Origin: Phoronis australis | Taxonomy: Eukaryota > Animalia > Phoronida | Direction of reading: 5' to 3' | DNA: 64,000 bases | Assembly (NCBI GenBank): GCA_002633005.1 | Contig: NMRA01000348.1 | Location: 1 to 64,000, forward strand | Translations under genes and position numbers: made by a program | Shown here: positions 1 to 12,859 of the stretch, one piece after another | Position numbering within the stretch: position 1 is the stretch's first letter | Layout of the letters: each line of letters opens with the position of its first letter | The notes under the pieces: generated by a model | The model's input: the letters and a program-made list of their open reading frames with translations, nothing else | What the model was told of the DNA's origin: nothing | Database searches by the model: none

Positions 1-1210
1 GCTCATCCATTGTGTTGAAAGTGACATTAGATACGTCGTGAGAAAGCGCAGTCATCTGCCATAAAATATTTAGCCACGTCATTCAGTGGATCTAGATTCT
101 CCCAGGTTGGAGTCTCGCCAAAAATGGTGGTTGCCCCTTGCGAAATCAAAGATCCACCAATGCCACCCTAAGACATTCGAACAGTTGCCTACGTGTGGTG
201 CGTGTCAAGGGTAGAATGTAGCTCTTTATGTTTTGAAGGCATGCAGCATTGAAACACACTCTTATTGACCAGGATTATAGTGATCAAGTAGGACCTGTTC
301 AAAACTACTTTTCAAATAAATCATTAAAATTAGAATCAGAGTGAATCAAGTTGAATTAACCTTAGCATACTTGAAAGGTTTCCGGTGTACTGTATGTTCC
401 CATTAGAGTAGTAGGTCTCTACACGTTCAAACGTACGTGTGGAATCAACATGCAGCAAAATCACGGTGTAGGGTCCTCTGCCTGGCATTTGAATTCGGCA
501 CTGTCGCGAGAAAGACTTAAAAATTCAACAAAAATGTGTTTTTCCTCGCTACAGAAGCACAGGCACGTGCATGTTCAGTGTACATGTACTTGTCGTCACT
601 TTGTTAACTTAAAAGTTGCACTAACTGGAATTGCTTACTGCTTGCACTAGATTATTTTATTGGTCGTATTTTCAAAATATGAACTTCGAGTGTCATTCCG
701 ACGTCATGTCTGGTTACACGCTTCTTTCTTTATGTTTCAGTATCGATGTGCATGTATAGACTGCATACACACCGTTTGCAGTTGGTGTTACCGATTTATA
801 TGATACTCACCCTCAAAATTATCGTACGAACACGACAGGAAGTCATTTTTAAATGTGCATTTCCCCACTGTTTTGTTGTCAATTTTGATTTCGGCTTTGT
901 GCTTTAAAACATTACCACGCTCATCCGCATTTAAATCGTCGCCGCCTGAGGCTGCAACTCAAGTCACAGACAGTGAGCCCGTTTCGAATTTTCGATTTTG
1001 GGATTGAAGCGTTTATTTGAGTCGTTAATTGTTTCGATGTTCTCATTGGTATCTGGAATCTAATCCTCTCCCACTAAGGAATATTATGGGACCTTTTTGT
1101 GAGAGCAAAATGCCTAATTCAATTTGCGTTTTAGCCAGCTACAAAACAATGCGAAATGCAGCACTAAGTATGCCACGGAGGCATACATGTACTACAGTGT
1201 ATGTACTAAC

Positions 1211-1303
1211 CAATTAAGAGAAGAGAGCCGCCAGACATACTGAGTGGTACGGTTGTACAGATGAGGCTGATGAGGCAGAAGTTCTTTGAAGGTGGAATAA
1301 TTC
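1211..1303 (-). CDS. Class A GPCR copy A, exon 2 (exons 3-4 expected left of the window)
   Basis: tttcag|GA...ATTG|gttagt, encoding (G)IIPPSKNFCLISLICTTVPLSMSGGSLLLI. Paralog of 31972-32064. Confidence 0.88.
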
Positions 1304-1662
1304 CTGAAATAAAAATATAGAATTCTGTTTGAAGAGGGATCGTAGAGAGCTAATAACTTGCAGCGCCAGAAGCAAAACCTTGGCGAACGGTGGTGCGAGA
1401 TTTGGCGATGACTGTCAAGGAAGAAAAGGTGATATACTCTACTGGAACGTATTTACACGGTACTTCGTTCATCGTAGACCATCTACGGTGTGAGTAAAAT
1501 TTCCGCTTTTAGAACCAAGGGAAGCCACGGAACACGTCAGGAGTCAACGGTATTCACTGTGAGAATGGCACAACGATACATTCATCAAATCCATATCAAG
1601 ATTGCATCATTTCACAGCGTTACTGAAAAATTTAAGGCTGCTGCGCCTCAATCTCATCCCCC

Positions 1663-1873
1663 GGGATCTACTAGGGAGCGGGGTTCAGGGGGTTTAAGCC
1701 CCCCTGGGACAGGATTAAAAATGAAAACCAAAACAAAAAAAACGTTGCCAATAAAACAAAATCAGCTACAAAAACCAAAAAAATCTTACACGACCTCCCC
1801 CAACCGCTCTCCGCTACGCGCCTAGGATTCACGATAATCCTAACCACCATACTGAAAACGTAGATCTGCCACT
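1663..1873. mobile_element. Degenerate hAT-like MITE (family of 51311-51526)
   Basis: ggatctac...GGGG/CCCC core...aaaacgtagatctgccact, similar to 51311-51526. Confidence 0.55.
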
Positions 1874-2007
1874 ATAAAAGGTAGTTAGTAGGCTACCATG
1901 TCCCTGCCAGTTCTCACGAAGTTAGCGGCTCCCAATCAGGCTTCATTAATTCAAAACCGTTCGTCGTCGAAGCTTCCGACTCATTATCAGGCAATTAGAG
2001 TCGTGAA

Positions 2008-2075
2008 GTGTGTGGCTAAGTGGTTTGAGGTCCGGACTCCTGCTTGGTAGACCTTAAGGTTCGAATCCTGGCTCC
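2008..2075 (+). repeat. tRNA-derived (SINE-like) head; paralog at ~32237-32297
   Basis: A-box TGGCTAAGTGG and B-box GGTTCGAATCC; no good cloverleaf. Confidence 0.5.
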
Positions 2076-2211
2076 AAGAGCTGACAACCGAGCATTTTAC
2101 TAAGGTGTCTCCTTCTCTTCAGAGCTGGATATAATACGAAAGCGATTTTGGGGCTGTGCTCATCTTCAAGAAAAAAAAATAACTGTCGTTCTGGTCTCAG
2201 AATTGTGGACA

Positions 2212-2322
2212 TTGGAACTGAGTAGTGAACTTTTGAAGGTAGTGAAATTTCGGAGCAGTGAACCTTCGGAGTATTGGCTGGACCTTCGGCCAAAGTAGCC
2301 AACCTTCGTAATAGTGACATGT
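2212..2322. repeat. Short tandem array (GAACCTTCGGAGTAGT-like ~20 bp units); paralog 32450-32548
   Basis: About 5 degenerate aaccttcgg units, typical of MITE subterminal arrays. Confidence 0.55.
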
Positions 2323-3126
2323 AGCCTTAGAAACTTTTCCCATCTGAAGTTAGTTGGTCGTATGAAGTCTGTGACACTGTTTACAACAAAAGTCTTACTT
2401 CATTGAGCATAGTTTTGTTAGGCCTAGACCTACTTTCCCCAAAATGTGAACAAACTCGTTGGAGTTTTCGCAGCGCAAGAAAACACGGTTATAGTTAAAT
2501 GTCAGGTTTTTAAGCAACGGCGGAGGGCTGCTTATAGTGAACTTACCGTCGGCTTGTACCAAATTTAAAGAACGGAAACGCACACACACGCATGTCAATC
2601 CACCAATGCACGATTGAATTGGACACTGGATGAACAACATGCGTGTATTTGACGAACACTTTCACCGTACTATACTAGTAAGCAATATCAGATAACAATC
2701 CTAATTTGTGCTATTATGTTTCTTTCATTCACACCGCAATACTTTTTGGGAGATTTTTCGTTGCTATACAACTCAGCTAGGTGTAGACATTTAGTTCTAG
2801 ACTCCCTCGTACCCCCACGGTGTAGCCACCACGCGTGTTCAATGCCCATGAATAACCCAAAGCCTCCTAAAGTCGTCTGCACGATCCTGTTATCTCCGCC
2901 AACACCACTCGGGCGAAGTTAGTTATCATAGCAGTGCAACAAATTGTTGTATCCCATCTTTAACGGTTCGATCGAATCCACCCGAACCTCTCCTGTCTAC
3001 GGGCCTGTGTTCCGTCTCGTTGCGTGAAAAACTGACAAACGATGGTGTTCCCAGGGTCTAGACTATAACTAAAAGCAGCAATTAACACTTAAGTATAACT
3101 TAATCAAGCTGAATCACGTTGATGTT

Positions 3127-4297
3127 GGGCTAACGTATGTCGCGACAACTGAAAAGCGTCAACTGTATCAGGAAACAAATCGCCTGAAAACGTTTTCACG
3201 GAACCAAAACATACTGTACACCGTGTTTCAAAAAATATACCGTACCAGATCGCCGAGGTACCAGATGTGCACTGTTGGAGTCAATATCTAAAATGTTGCA
3301 CGTCGATTCACCTGAATATCAAGATTGCGGCACGATATGATGATAGATAATAGCATCAAGTTTATCTCCTGGCTTTCATCTTTGACGTTCTGTCGTACAA
3401 TTCTTTCAATAACACGTCGTGTTGTCAGAATTTAATTATTATTTTGTTCCATTGTTCTGTTTGTGTTATTTATTAGCATAGACCCTGAGGCCAGTACAGT
3501 GATGACGTAATTTGTTTATTACAAAATAGTAGACACCAGCATGTGAGTGATTAATGTAATCTGGAACATTCTAGAGACTATTATATATTTGTAGAATGAT
3601 TCCGGGAAGTTCTTGCATGAGCTTGTATTGATTAAAAGTTCTAGAACATTGCATTGGTCTATAAATACACAAGTACGGGTTTATGGGCCAGTTTCAAATT
3701 CAGTTCAACAGTTAAGCAATTTAAAGTTACAAGAAAGTTACAGTTGAGTTGCAGTGAAGAAAATCAGTAGTTACAGCGAGAGTCAATAGAGAGCCAGCTA
3801 CAAAGACAGCAGGTTATTGAATCAGCGAGTGTAGCAGTTACTGAAGGTGTCTCAGAAGCTCATCACAAGTCAAGGCTTTCCAGAACTGACTGGATGATAT
3901 AACAGTCATTACGTCGGATGTTTTCTTTGAATAGGCTTGTGAACATACGGTCGAGATTAGTAAAAGGATTAACTCGAACCAGTCTTCAGGCTATTATCTC
4001 ATCAAACGCTATTAGCACAGATTTGTAACCACCTGCGCCCACCCACACACGGGAAAACGTGACAGGGGGTTCGATAGAATGACCATAGGTGTACTTTTGG
4101 TCTCGTGACAGACCAGGACATCTCATTTGTGTAGATATTGACTAGAGCAGTGCACATCTGGTCACTCGGCGATCTGGTCCGGTATACATTTTCACCACGA
4201 TGTACAGTTTATTATGGTTACGTGAAAGCGATTTCAGGTGATTTGTTTCCTGATACAGTTGAGGTTTTTCATTTGTCGCCGCGACATACGTTAGCCC
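3127..4297. mobile_element. Long-TIR element (GGGCTAACG...CGTTAGCCC), copy A, containing a solo LTR
   Basis: 3127-3290 is the imperfect reverse complement of ~4130-4297. No TSD recognised. Confidence 0.6.
3423..4064 (+). mobile_element. Solo LTR (probably Gypsy-type)
   Basis: TGTCA...TGACA termini, TATAAATA at ~3660, AGTAAA at ~3959, absent from unit B. Flanks do not form a TSD. Confidence 0.6.
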
Positions 4298-5460
4298 GGA
4301 AAAAGTAGAAAACGAGACAAAAGTCCGCGAAAGAGGCAAGAACTGGTAAAATTCGGCGAATGCACAATTAATAGCTCTGAACGTATGCCGTGATTTTTTA
4401 GGAAAAGGTCCACATTTTCATAAATTCGATCTCCCCATTTTTCAGGCTGGGTGAGCGAATGCAACCGTCACGGCATCATCATTTCCTGTATTATGAATTT
4501 CGCCTCTTCTCAGTATCATAGAGCTGAGAGTCAATTTTGGAGTATACGATTTCCCTTCCCACAAATTTAGCTGCGTCCATTGCCTTACCAAAAACTCTAC
4601 AGTGTCGACGTTTGCAAAATACCAAAGGTCCACCGTTCTAGAAATTCGAACCACCCCCACGCGATGCTGGCTACGGGCCAGTGCTGGTGACTTCTTAAAA
4701 GTACAATGCAATTGTTTTACGACACTTCAAACCTCAAAATAAAACAAACTCGTCAGAATGACATTATCAAATCGACGCATTCGCAGTTATTTCGAGACGA
4801 AATCATTCGCACCTTTTCCTTATCCATTAGCTCCCTCCATGATCATCTGTGCAGATTAAAATTTGTAGCACAATTTGGAGCCTGTTTCGAAACAATCATG
4901 CACATTTCGCTGACATCAGTCATTGGACATTGACATCGTGTTTAATAAAACGATCACAATTTGTACTCTGTAGCACCGTTTGTTACCTTCTAAATGTACG
5001 TGTTGATCATGTATTTTTTTCGTTTTATTTCATTCAGAGTTTTTCGTTACATACATGTACTAGGGTAGTTGGAGACAAACTTAATTCCTGAAAAGAAACC
5101 TTTTGTCTCCCAGTAATGGTACTAATCGTGTAATAGCGTGTGGCATAACCGATTCAGCGTGTACCCAGCAAAACAATGTTTTAAACAATTTTAGCGTTTG
5201 ATTCCAACCACTTTTTGCTAGAAAATTAGCGTCGACTTGATTTTAAATCAGATAAGTGCCTTCCGGGCTTGGAAAAAAATGGTAATGTTAAGTATGAAAT
5301 GTATGAATTTATCAGTATTTAACGACACAGATGATAATTATAATCGTCCGGGTGTCTGGAAAACAAAAATACCTCGCTGCTGATTGCCCATTACACTCGA
5401 CCTCACTTTTCTATTACGACCCCGAACTGCGCACTAACGTAATGTTTACTACACATTAAG

Positions 5461-7560
5461 AACTCATGTTGTGATATCAGAGTTATCACTAAGCAGAGCC
5501 TTTGGATTGCTGGTGACATAGAGGTCAATCCAGGACCAGTCATTCAGGCTTCAGTCTGCTTCAAGGTATTATTCAATAACATCAACAGTATCAAGGCGAA
5601 CAATTTTCAAGATTTGAACACTTCAAGCAATTATTATAGATAAAAAGGACATGGTCATAGCCATATGTGAATCTGGAACACTGTCAGAAGACAACCTCAG
5701 TGCACTCATTATTTCAGAATACAGCATTGCCTACGACGCTCATGCCGGGAGGGGGTTGAACTTGTTTGTCCACAGCTTCTTAAATTACAAAACAATTGAT
5801 AATAAAATTATACAGTCAATGAATAACTGATGGATAGAATTTTATGTCAACCACAAGAAGGTACATGTATATTGTGTTTTTTTCTATCGCTCACCCTCAC
5901 AGACGTCCCATGAATGAAAAGCATATTTCAAGACCTTTTCAGAACAATAGCAAGAACTCTCACAAATTAATAAAACAATTGTTACCAAAGGGGATTTCAA
6001 CGCAAGAAATAGTACTTGACAATGACAACCAAGCCGGTCTCGAATTATTCGATATTCTCCTCTCAAATGACTGTGTAAAACTAATAAACGAACCGACACT
6101 TTTAACAAAGTATGCACATTCTTGCCTTGATTTATGTATTACAAACAATTAATTGATACCACTTCTGTTAGACCTCCCATTGGCAAAACAGACCGCCAGG
6201 TTCACACTCAACTGCTTACCTAAAGAACCAGACATTATCAAAAAGATCTGGAATTAAAACCTTATTGACGTGGACAAACTGCGCACTGACATAACCACAT
6301 TTAGCTGCACTGACATACTGAACAAAATTGGCATAAATGACGCTGTCTCAACATTCACACAGTCACACTACAACAGATAATAATATCTCATCAACCATTA
6401 AAACAATAAAAAAACAAGAACAAACCGCTGTTTAAAAATAATTCTGAAATAATAAAAGAAATATACTGTACAGATACAGTAGTTCAGAAAATCAAATAAC
6501 GCGTGCACGTTTAAGTGCTACAAAGGATAGTGCAAGAATGTGGAAGAACTAATTAAAAAGACAAAACAAGACTATAAGATGAAAATTATATGCAACGTCA
6601 ACATTCTCTCCAAAAATTCTGAGGCATAGTGGGATATAGTAAACAAAATTCGAAGACAGCTAAAGCAATCGTCATACTAAAACATCCACTCAAAGGAATT
6701 CAATACTCACGCGTCACCAAAAACTAACATAGTAAATTATTTCTAGAATACTTCCCCGCCACGAGTCACATTGCGCCAACAACAAACTTTCCGGAATTCC
6801 CAAACAGAACATTAGAACACCTCTCTGACGTACAAGCCCAACCTCCTGCAGTCCGATAACTACAAGAAAACATCGACGAGAACACAAACAACGATAGCAA
6901 TCTAATAACCAATAAAGTGATCAAGATAATAGCAACGGAGCTTACAGTACCTCTGACAACATTACATGTATGTAACAAAATCCTACAATCTGGAAATTTT
7001 CCTTTGGACTGGAAACTTGGTGTTACCAATACACAAAAAGGAACTCCAAAACAGACATTGTCAACTATCGCCCCATAATTCTACTTAACAAATTATTCAA
7101 AATTATTTCTCAACACAGGTTTGGCCACCTCTCTTCACAAAATCTCAGACATCGTCGCCAATTTGGATTCGTGCCTGGGAACAGCACTGTGTCCCAACTT
7201 ACAGAAATTGTACATGACATCCACCTCCAGTTTGCGTAAGGGTACAACGCGAGATCCGTATTTTTAAACATTGCGTCAGCTTTTGATGTCGTTCTCCATG
7301 ATCCAGACACAATAAACTCTAAAACATTCTTATATGCTGAAGACACAGCAATTTTCTATCCATTCTGAAAAGAGCATCCCCATGACTCCTTACAAGTGCA
7401 AATTGACATAAACAAACTCTATGACTGGTCTTACAAATGGAAGATGAAATTTAAACCTGAAAAAGTGTTGATCTTATATTTTCTAAGTCTAATAATACTA
7501 ATTTCCAAACAAACCCAATGCTGGATTTATCACTCGATGGGGAAGTTATTCACAATATCG
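5461..7560 (+). mobile_element. Degenerate CR1/L2-group non-LTR retrotransposon ORF2 (2A motif, APE, N-terminal RT), 3'-truncated
   Basis: GDIEVNPGP, FNNINSIK, LINEPT..SCLDLCITN, NYRPIILL, QFGFVPGNST, YAEDT, DWSYKWKMKF. Many stops and frameshifts, and an internal deletion at ~7302. Confidence 0.88.
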
Positions 7561-7734
7561 TTAAAAGTGAAATTAGGAGCCTCTTTGAAATCCTTTAGGA
7601 ACAGCACTCGCTGTCCACTTGGAAAGCCCGATGACAACATTGAACAATAACTCAGATGATTTTGAAATCTTTGAGGTTCATGATGTATTAACACTTTGCT
7701 AAGCATATATTGTGTCCTCGTTAATTGAATTTAT

Positions 7735-7850
7735 AAATATTAATAATAATGATAAGGATAACGAAAACGATAACGAGTGATAGTAATGACTAATAGTAGT
7801 ACAGTAACTGTAGTGATAGTAATGTAATGCTAATAAAAATGATAATAAGT
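7735..7850. repeat. Degenerate (TAA/TAG/TGA)n microsatellite
   Basis: taataataatgataag...tagtaatgactaatagtagt. Confidence 0.6.
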
Positions 7851-8198
7851 ATCCAAATTCATGTCGTGTTAGCCCGGTGGGCATTCCTGTAGAAGATGTA
7901 TACGAAAAGTGCCGCCGAAAAAGTGTTTTTTCTTAAAATACTCTCCAAAATGGTGTCGTTTTCGACAAAACTATATCTAGAAGGTGCCTTTCTTGAATTT
8001 TTGGAACAGAAGTGTGCCAAAATATGAGGTTTTACAGAAATTTTAATAGTCTCTAAATGGGTCACGAGCCCACTCTCTAAACGGGTAGGTATTCAATTTT
8101 TCATGCGGCACTCCTCGTCTAAAATACTCTAGAATCCCCCTGCCATGTTAGATACCATTTGTTCGTGATTTTAGTCATTTTTGCAATATGATGTGAGT

Positions 8199-9072
8199 TT
8201 CGTAAAATGTAACAATGGCACATTTCTCGCATGTGCGTTCGACGTGAAATGTAACAACTGCGTATTTGTGTAACAACTTGTTACCTGTTAGGAGAGGCTT
8301 AGCAACGTAAAATGTACATTTTTACATTTTACGGCGTATCACAGCACCCGTCGTTTCTCTCCTTTTGTGTGATGCAGGCAATTACTGCACTGGCCATGCC
8401 TCCAAGGTAATAAATCACTAGTCGAAATAAACCAAACTATCGTGGACTAAAACTGTTGTTTTTTCTATTAAATTGGCTTCCGAAATTAAATTCTCCATGA
8501 AAAATTTTGCTATTGTCGTTTAAACCCGAAGAAATACGATAAATATATGTTGTTCTCAAAAAGGGAAGTGTGTTTACTGTAATGTTGGATAAAAATTGTT
8601 TATGAGCGTCAACAAAAGAATGAAAGAACGCTTTAGCGATAAAAAAAAAAACTTGTTACATGATCCTGGAAACTCATTTCGTGTGCAACTGAAACTACAT
8701 ACTGTACATTCTTATTATGCCATTAAACTACTCATTTAAAAAACATGGAAAGCACATAGGGACACATTTGTAAAGTCGACCTGGCACATTTGATAGAATT
8801 TCATTCACACAATCCGAAAAAGAAGGCGTTAAGTGTGTGAACAGTTTCTTCAAATTTGACAAGTACCTTGCAAACTCATGAAATATGACGTCGCTTCCGT
8901 AAAATGTAACAATGGCACATTTCTCGCATGTGCATTCGGCGTAAATTGTAACAATTACACCAAATGTAACAACTTGTTACATTTTAGGAGAGGCCTAGTA
9001 ACGTAAAATGTAACAATGACATAAAATGTAACAGTTGTTACACTTTACGAAATTGTTACATTTTACAGCTTT
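8199..9072. mobile_element. Non-autonomous DNA element with AAATGTAACA subrepeats
   Basis: Block 8199-8320 is repeated at 8897-9015, followed by inverted TGTTACA units at 9034-9067. Absent from unit B. Confidence 0.5.
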
Positions 9073-9243
9073 TCAGTGCAGTAACAGCGTCTTACCCCCC
9101 GGAATGTTAACGTCAAAAACAAAGTTTGACTGGAATATTTTTGCTTCGTCGCGGTTGTCGATATCCTTACCAATACAATATTATCGTTGTTTCAATTGCA
9201 ATTTTCAAAAGTCTTCATCAAAACATTTTGAAGCATGACCTAC

Positions 9244-9541
9244 CAGGCAAGTATTTTCGCAGAATGTTGAATGGTATTGATAAAGACGCCACCATGGTTT
9301 CAGTCACGCCAAGTAAGACGACGCACGTACAGCTGACGGTACGTAAGTGTTTGTTCTTGGCATATGCCGCAAAGACAATTAGATTAGAGAACATTCCAGC
9401 CACCGCCAGGATGACGTCGAACGCCAGGTGAACATAAAGTGCGTGTGACGACAACCGCCGCCATGCGTCTTCTCCAATCCGTTCACTTGTGTTCAAGAAA
9501 TCTTCGTGGTCAATGAGTTGACTGGAAGTGTTGTTGGCCAT
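9244..9541 (-). CDS. Class A GPCR copy A, exon 1
   Basis: Paralog of 50219-50516 with 11/99 aa differences, the same length and the same CCTG|GTAGGT donor. Confidence 0.9.
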
Positions 9542-9614
9542 CGTCCATGCAGCTGTGTAAACGTTTGTTGCAACCTGACTGCATTTGCTGCTATTTGAGC
9601 GAAGAAAGCGCGTC

Positions 9615-9628
9615 GTTAACCTGGCAAC
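9615..9628. promoter_or_regulatory. Putative RFX X-box (one mismatch) upstream of GPCR copy A
   Basis: GTTAAC-CT-GGCAAC at the same distance from the ATG as in copy B. Confidence 0.45.
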
Positions 9629-10223
9629 AACTCATTTCACTCACGCACATCCTGCTCCGTGACTTTCTCATTGGCGCGTTTGCTCTTTCAAGCAACATCA
9701 TCGTGTTCTTACCCTTTGTTTGAATTGAAATTAGTTACAAGACAACGCTTGGAATTCGGTGCCTAACATACACTGTAAACCGGTCTTTACAGCCAACCAC
9801 GCGAGCCTAGCTTAAAGCAAAAGCGGTTGTCGTCTCTTTTCAAACAAGGGAGTCATTTTTGAGTAAGAAACAAAATGAAAGCGATTTGGTGACACTGTTT
9901 TTACTTCACTTTTGTTGAAATTTTTGATGAATGACCTTAGTTGTTCTCGGAAACATTTTTTTCTCAGACACGTTTTCCGGTCATCGGGACCAAAATTGCG
10001 AGATATGAAGATTTGTGAAGCAGATTGAAATATTTGAAAAAAGCAGAAACATTTATTGCTTATAAAAAGTTTGTGTATGAAAGCTTTTCTGGTAAATGGG
10101 AACATTTTATTGTTCACGTTAACTTCATGTACCAGTTGTTTACTTAATACGACATTGGTCTTTCCTGAGGTGTGCATGTGCGTATGAATAGATTTTTTTT
10201 TGTACTTGTTTATCAACGATAAG

Positions 10224-11167
10224 TGTTGATGACGTGCATCATTATTGCCATTGGTTCTTGTGTTTCATTTACTTATCACGCTGTTTATTTCTTTATAGGT
10301 AGCAGTACATCTTTTGCCGCTGTGATTTGGTTTGTTTTAGCAAGCCGGTTCTTTCCAATGGTTACAAAAGCATTTGCATAGTCTAATAGTAGCTTGACCG
10401 GCCAGCTATTGTTACGTATTAGCCTCTGTATGTTACGCGGTTTTTGGTGATTAGCGTTTCTCGTGTATAGCGGCATTCGTTGACAAGATCTGTAACGCGA
10501 ATCATGCGTACATGTATTCCTCGGATGCTGGAATTTTTAGATTAAGCACAGACTGCCGGCCAAACTGTTGTAAGTACAGAGTATTATGGCACAGCATGTT
10601 GTACTCATGTGTATCTACCAGCTAAGTTTAGAGCGTATATGATTGTTGTTTAGCGTATAGTTTCATTCAGCTGCTTGTTTGGCGTATATCTTGCGGGGTA
10701 CCCGGTTCATGGGATAAGTAGTTAGGCCTACGGGTCGCAGTTAGGCAGTTGTTAGTGTATAATAATGGTTCCCAGTTGTAGAAGAGATAGTACGGGTTCC
10801 AGTTAATTGTGTATTGTTAGTTAGGTAGTATTTGTTAGGCCTGTAATACAGAGTCATTGTTGCGAGTATTTCTAACGCTCTGATATATAGTGTTAATTAA
10901 TTACGCTTGCTTGCCGAGTACTCAGACTGCAGATAACCGCTTGTTCGGTTTCACCTTTTCAACGCTTGTTCGGTTTCACCTGTTCAACGCTTGTTCGGTT
11001 TCACCTTTTCAACGCTTGTTCGGTTTCACCTTTCAACGCTTGTTCGGACACTTTTTACATCACCTGTATCTCTATCGTTTGCCAATGCTGCACCGAATAA
11101 AGTGTGTTATACAAACGGCTTCTCCAGTTGTATTTTCAACTTTTTCCTGTAGCCAGACGCGGCTACA
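10224..11167 (+). mobile_element. Solo LTR, 944 bp, 5-bp TSD (BEL/Pao-like)
   Basis: TGTT...TACA termini with ATAAG on both sides (10219-10223, 11168-11172). AATAAA at ~11096. Empty site in unit B at ~58186. Confidence 0.88.
10938..11048 (+). repeat. ~25-bp minisatellite inside the LTR
   Basis: CGCTTGTTCGGTTTCACCTTTTCAA repeated ~4.4 times. Confidence 0.9.
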
Positions 11168-11317
11168 ATAAGTATATTTGAAAAAATGCTTAATCAAAAA
11201 TGTTGGGGTTGTGCAAAACGCATCGCAAATTGCTGTTTTCACTTCCATGTTAGTGGCGATATCATCCTTCTTTCATTGTTCATTATAATTGTTTTTGACA
11301 TTTCTCGTACTCTTTCA

Positions 11318-11409
11318 NNNNNNNNNNNNNNNNNNNNNNNNNNNNNNNNNNNNNNNNNNNNNNNNNNNNNNNNNNNNNNNNNNNNNNNNNNNNNNNNNNN
11401 NNNNNNNNN

Positions 11410-11447
<38 letters not shown>
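11318..11447. repeat. Assembly gap (11318-11409) abutting a (GT)n microsatellite
   Basis: 92 Ns followed by ~19 GT units. Confidence 0.95.
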
Positions 11448-11448
<1 letters not shown>

Positions 11449-12021
11449 CGAGTGTATAATGGTTTACATGGGAGACTCCGACGTCCAATTTTGCACTTAA
11501 TGACGGCTGTGCTCTTTTTAAAATACGGTCCGCCACTATTCACTTTGCGAAAGAAATTTTAAAAAGTAGAGAGATACTAGCCTAAGAATTTGAAAAAGTA
11601 AAATATTGTTTGAAATAAGTAAGAAGACGAAATCCTCCGCTTTTGATGAGATTTTAGATCTTACGGTTATTTGTTGAATTTTGATGAGCTTATGAGAGCT
11701 GCCATGATGAGAACCCGTGCTAGTATGATTGACCAAGAAGAAAAATCAACAAAAAACTCAGTAATTTTAAAAAAGAAACTTTGTCAAGAAAACACTCACT
11801 AGATTAATGCACACCGGAATGAGCTTACAGATCAGAAGGAACATGTACACATGTATTGTTCTCATTTTTAGCACTTTTTACAAAGATTTGCAGTCGAGGA
11901 AAGATGGAACTAAATAGTTTCATAAAGTTGGTAGAGTATATGAGTAGTACTTTGACAACCGCTCATTTACAATGAATTATTCCTATTAAATGACATAAGT
12001 AAGAAATTGAATTGCGGGGCT

Positions 12022-12530
12022 ACTTATATTAATATAGGCGGGCTTCGCCGGCAGGCGGCCCGACACCAGAGCAATCCATATTAATATAGGTTTCCTATAA
12101 CGGGCTTTCCTATACTAACATAGAGTGCCTCGACGGAAGGCGGTCCGACAGCGGGGCCCTCCAATAATAATATAAGCGGCCCTGCACGAATGCGGCCAAA
12201 GAGCGAGACCTTCTATTTTGATATAGAGCGACCCGACTAAAGGTAGCCGTTGAGCTAGGCCCTCTGTATGAATATAGGCTGCCCCGCTCGAAGGAACGGG
12301 GTCCTCTATAGCAAGTCCTGCTTTATGGCCGCCGAAGATCGAAGCGCTATATTAATATACATGGCCCCACCCTTCAGCCGCCTTCCGGTGGACTCTCTTA
12401 TATTAATAAAGAGGGCCCTGCTCTTCGACTATTAATTCATGTGGCCTCGCTCATTGACCGCCTTCCGGCGGGGCACATAGCCGGCTTCAATCTGCAGCTA
12501 CCTTCGGGCGGAGCCCGCTGTATATTAGAA
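12022..12530. mobile_element. Foldback-type element built from ~40-bp TATATTAATATA/GC-rich units
   Basis: Left half has (C)GAAGGCGGCC units and right half has inverted GCCGCCTTC units. Ends are inverted (taatataggcgggcttcgcc / ggcggagcccgctgtatatta). Confidence 0.6.
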
Positions 12531-12859
12531 TAATAATAATAAGTCATTTTAAATAATAAGCTGATCTTCTTTTATCACAGCCAGTCAGGATAATTTACCT
12601 TTGACAGATTCAGCTCCTATCAGCAGTCATCTTCCGATGTTATTCATGAACAGGGGGGACAGCGGTTATAAGTTGGAACAGCCTAATTACCACGACACCT
12701 ATCCTCCATTATTTTCTGAGGATTGCTGCTGAGAGAAGCAAATATGTTCTTACTGGTTGTGAAAAGAGGAATTCAAAGATGACGTTTGGAATGTGTGGAC
12801 TAGGGAATTGTTATTAATGGAAACGAAAAACAATAGCACTATACTCGACGGGCCAATAT

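Noticed and set aside
9218-9243. Stop codons ending ORFs 9218-9541 and 50193-50516, suggesting truncated pseudogenes
   Set aside because: The stops lie inside intron 1, after a conserved GTAGGT donor.
12022-12530. CRISPR-like repeat-spacer pattern
   Set aside because: Eukaryotic context, spacers related to one another, orientation flip in the middle, and no cas genes.
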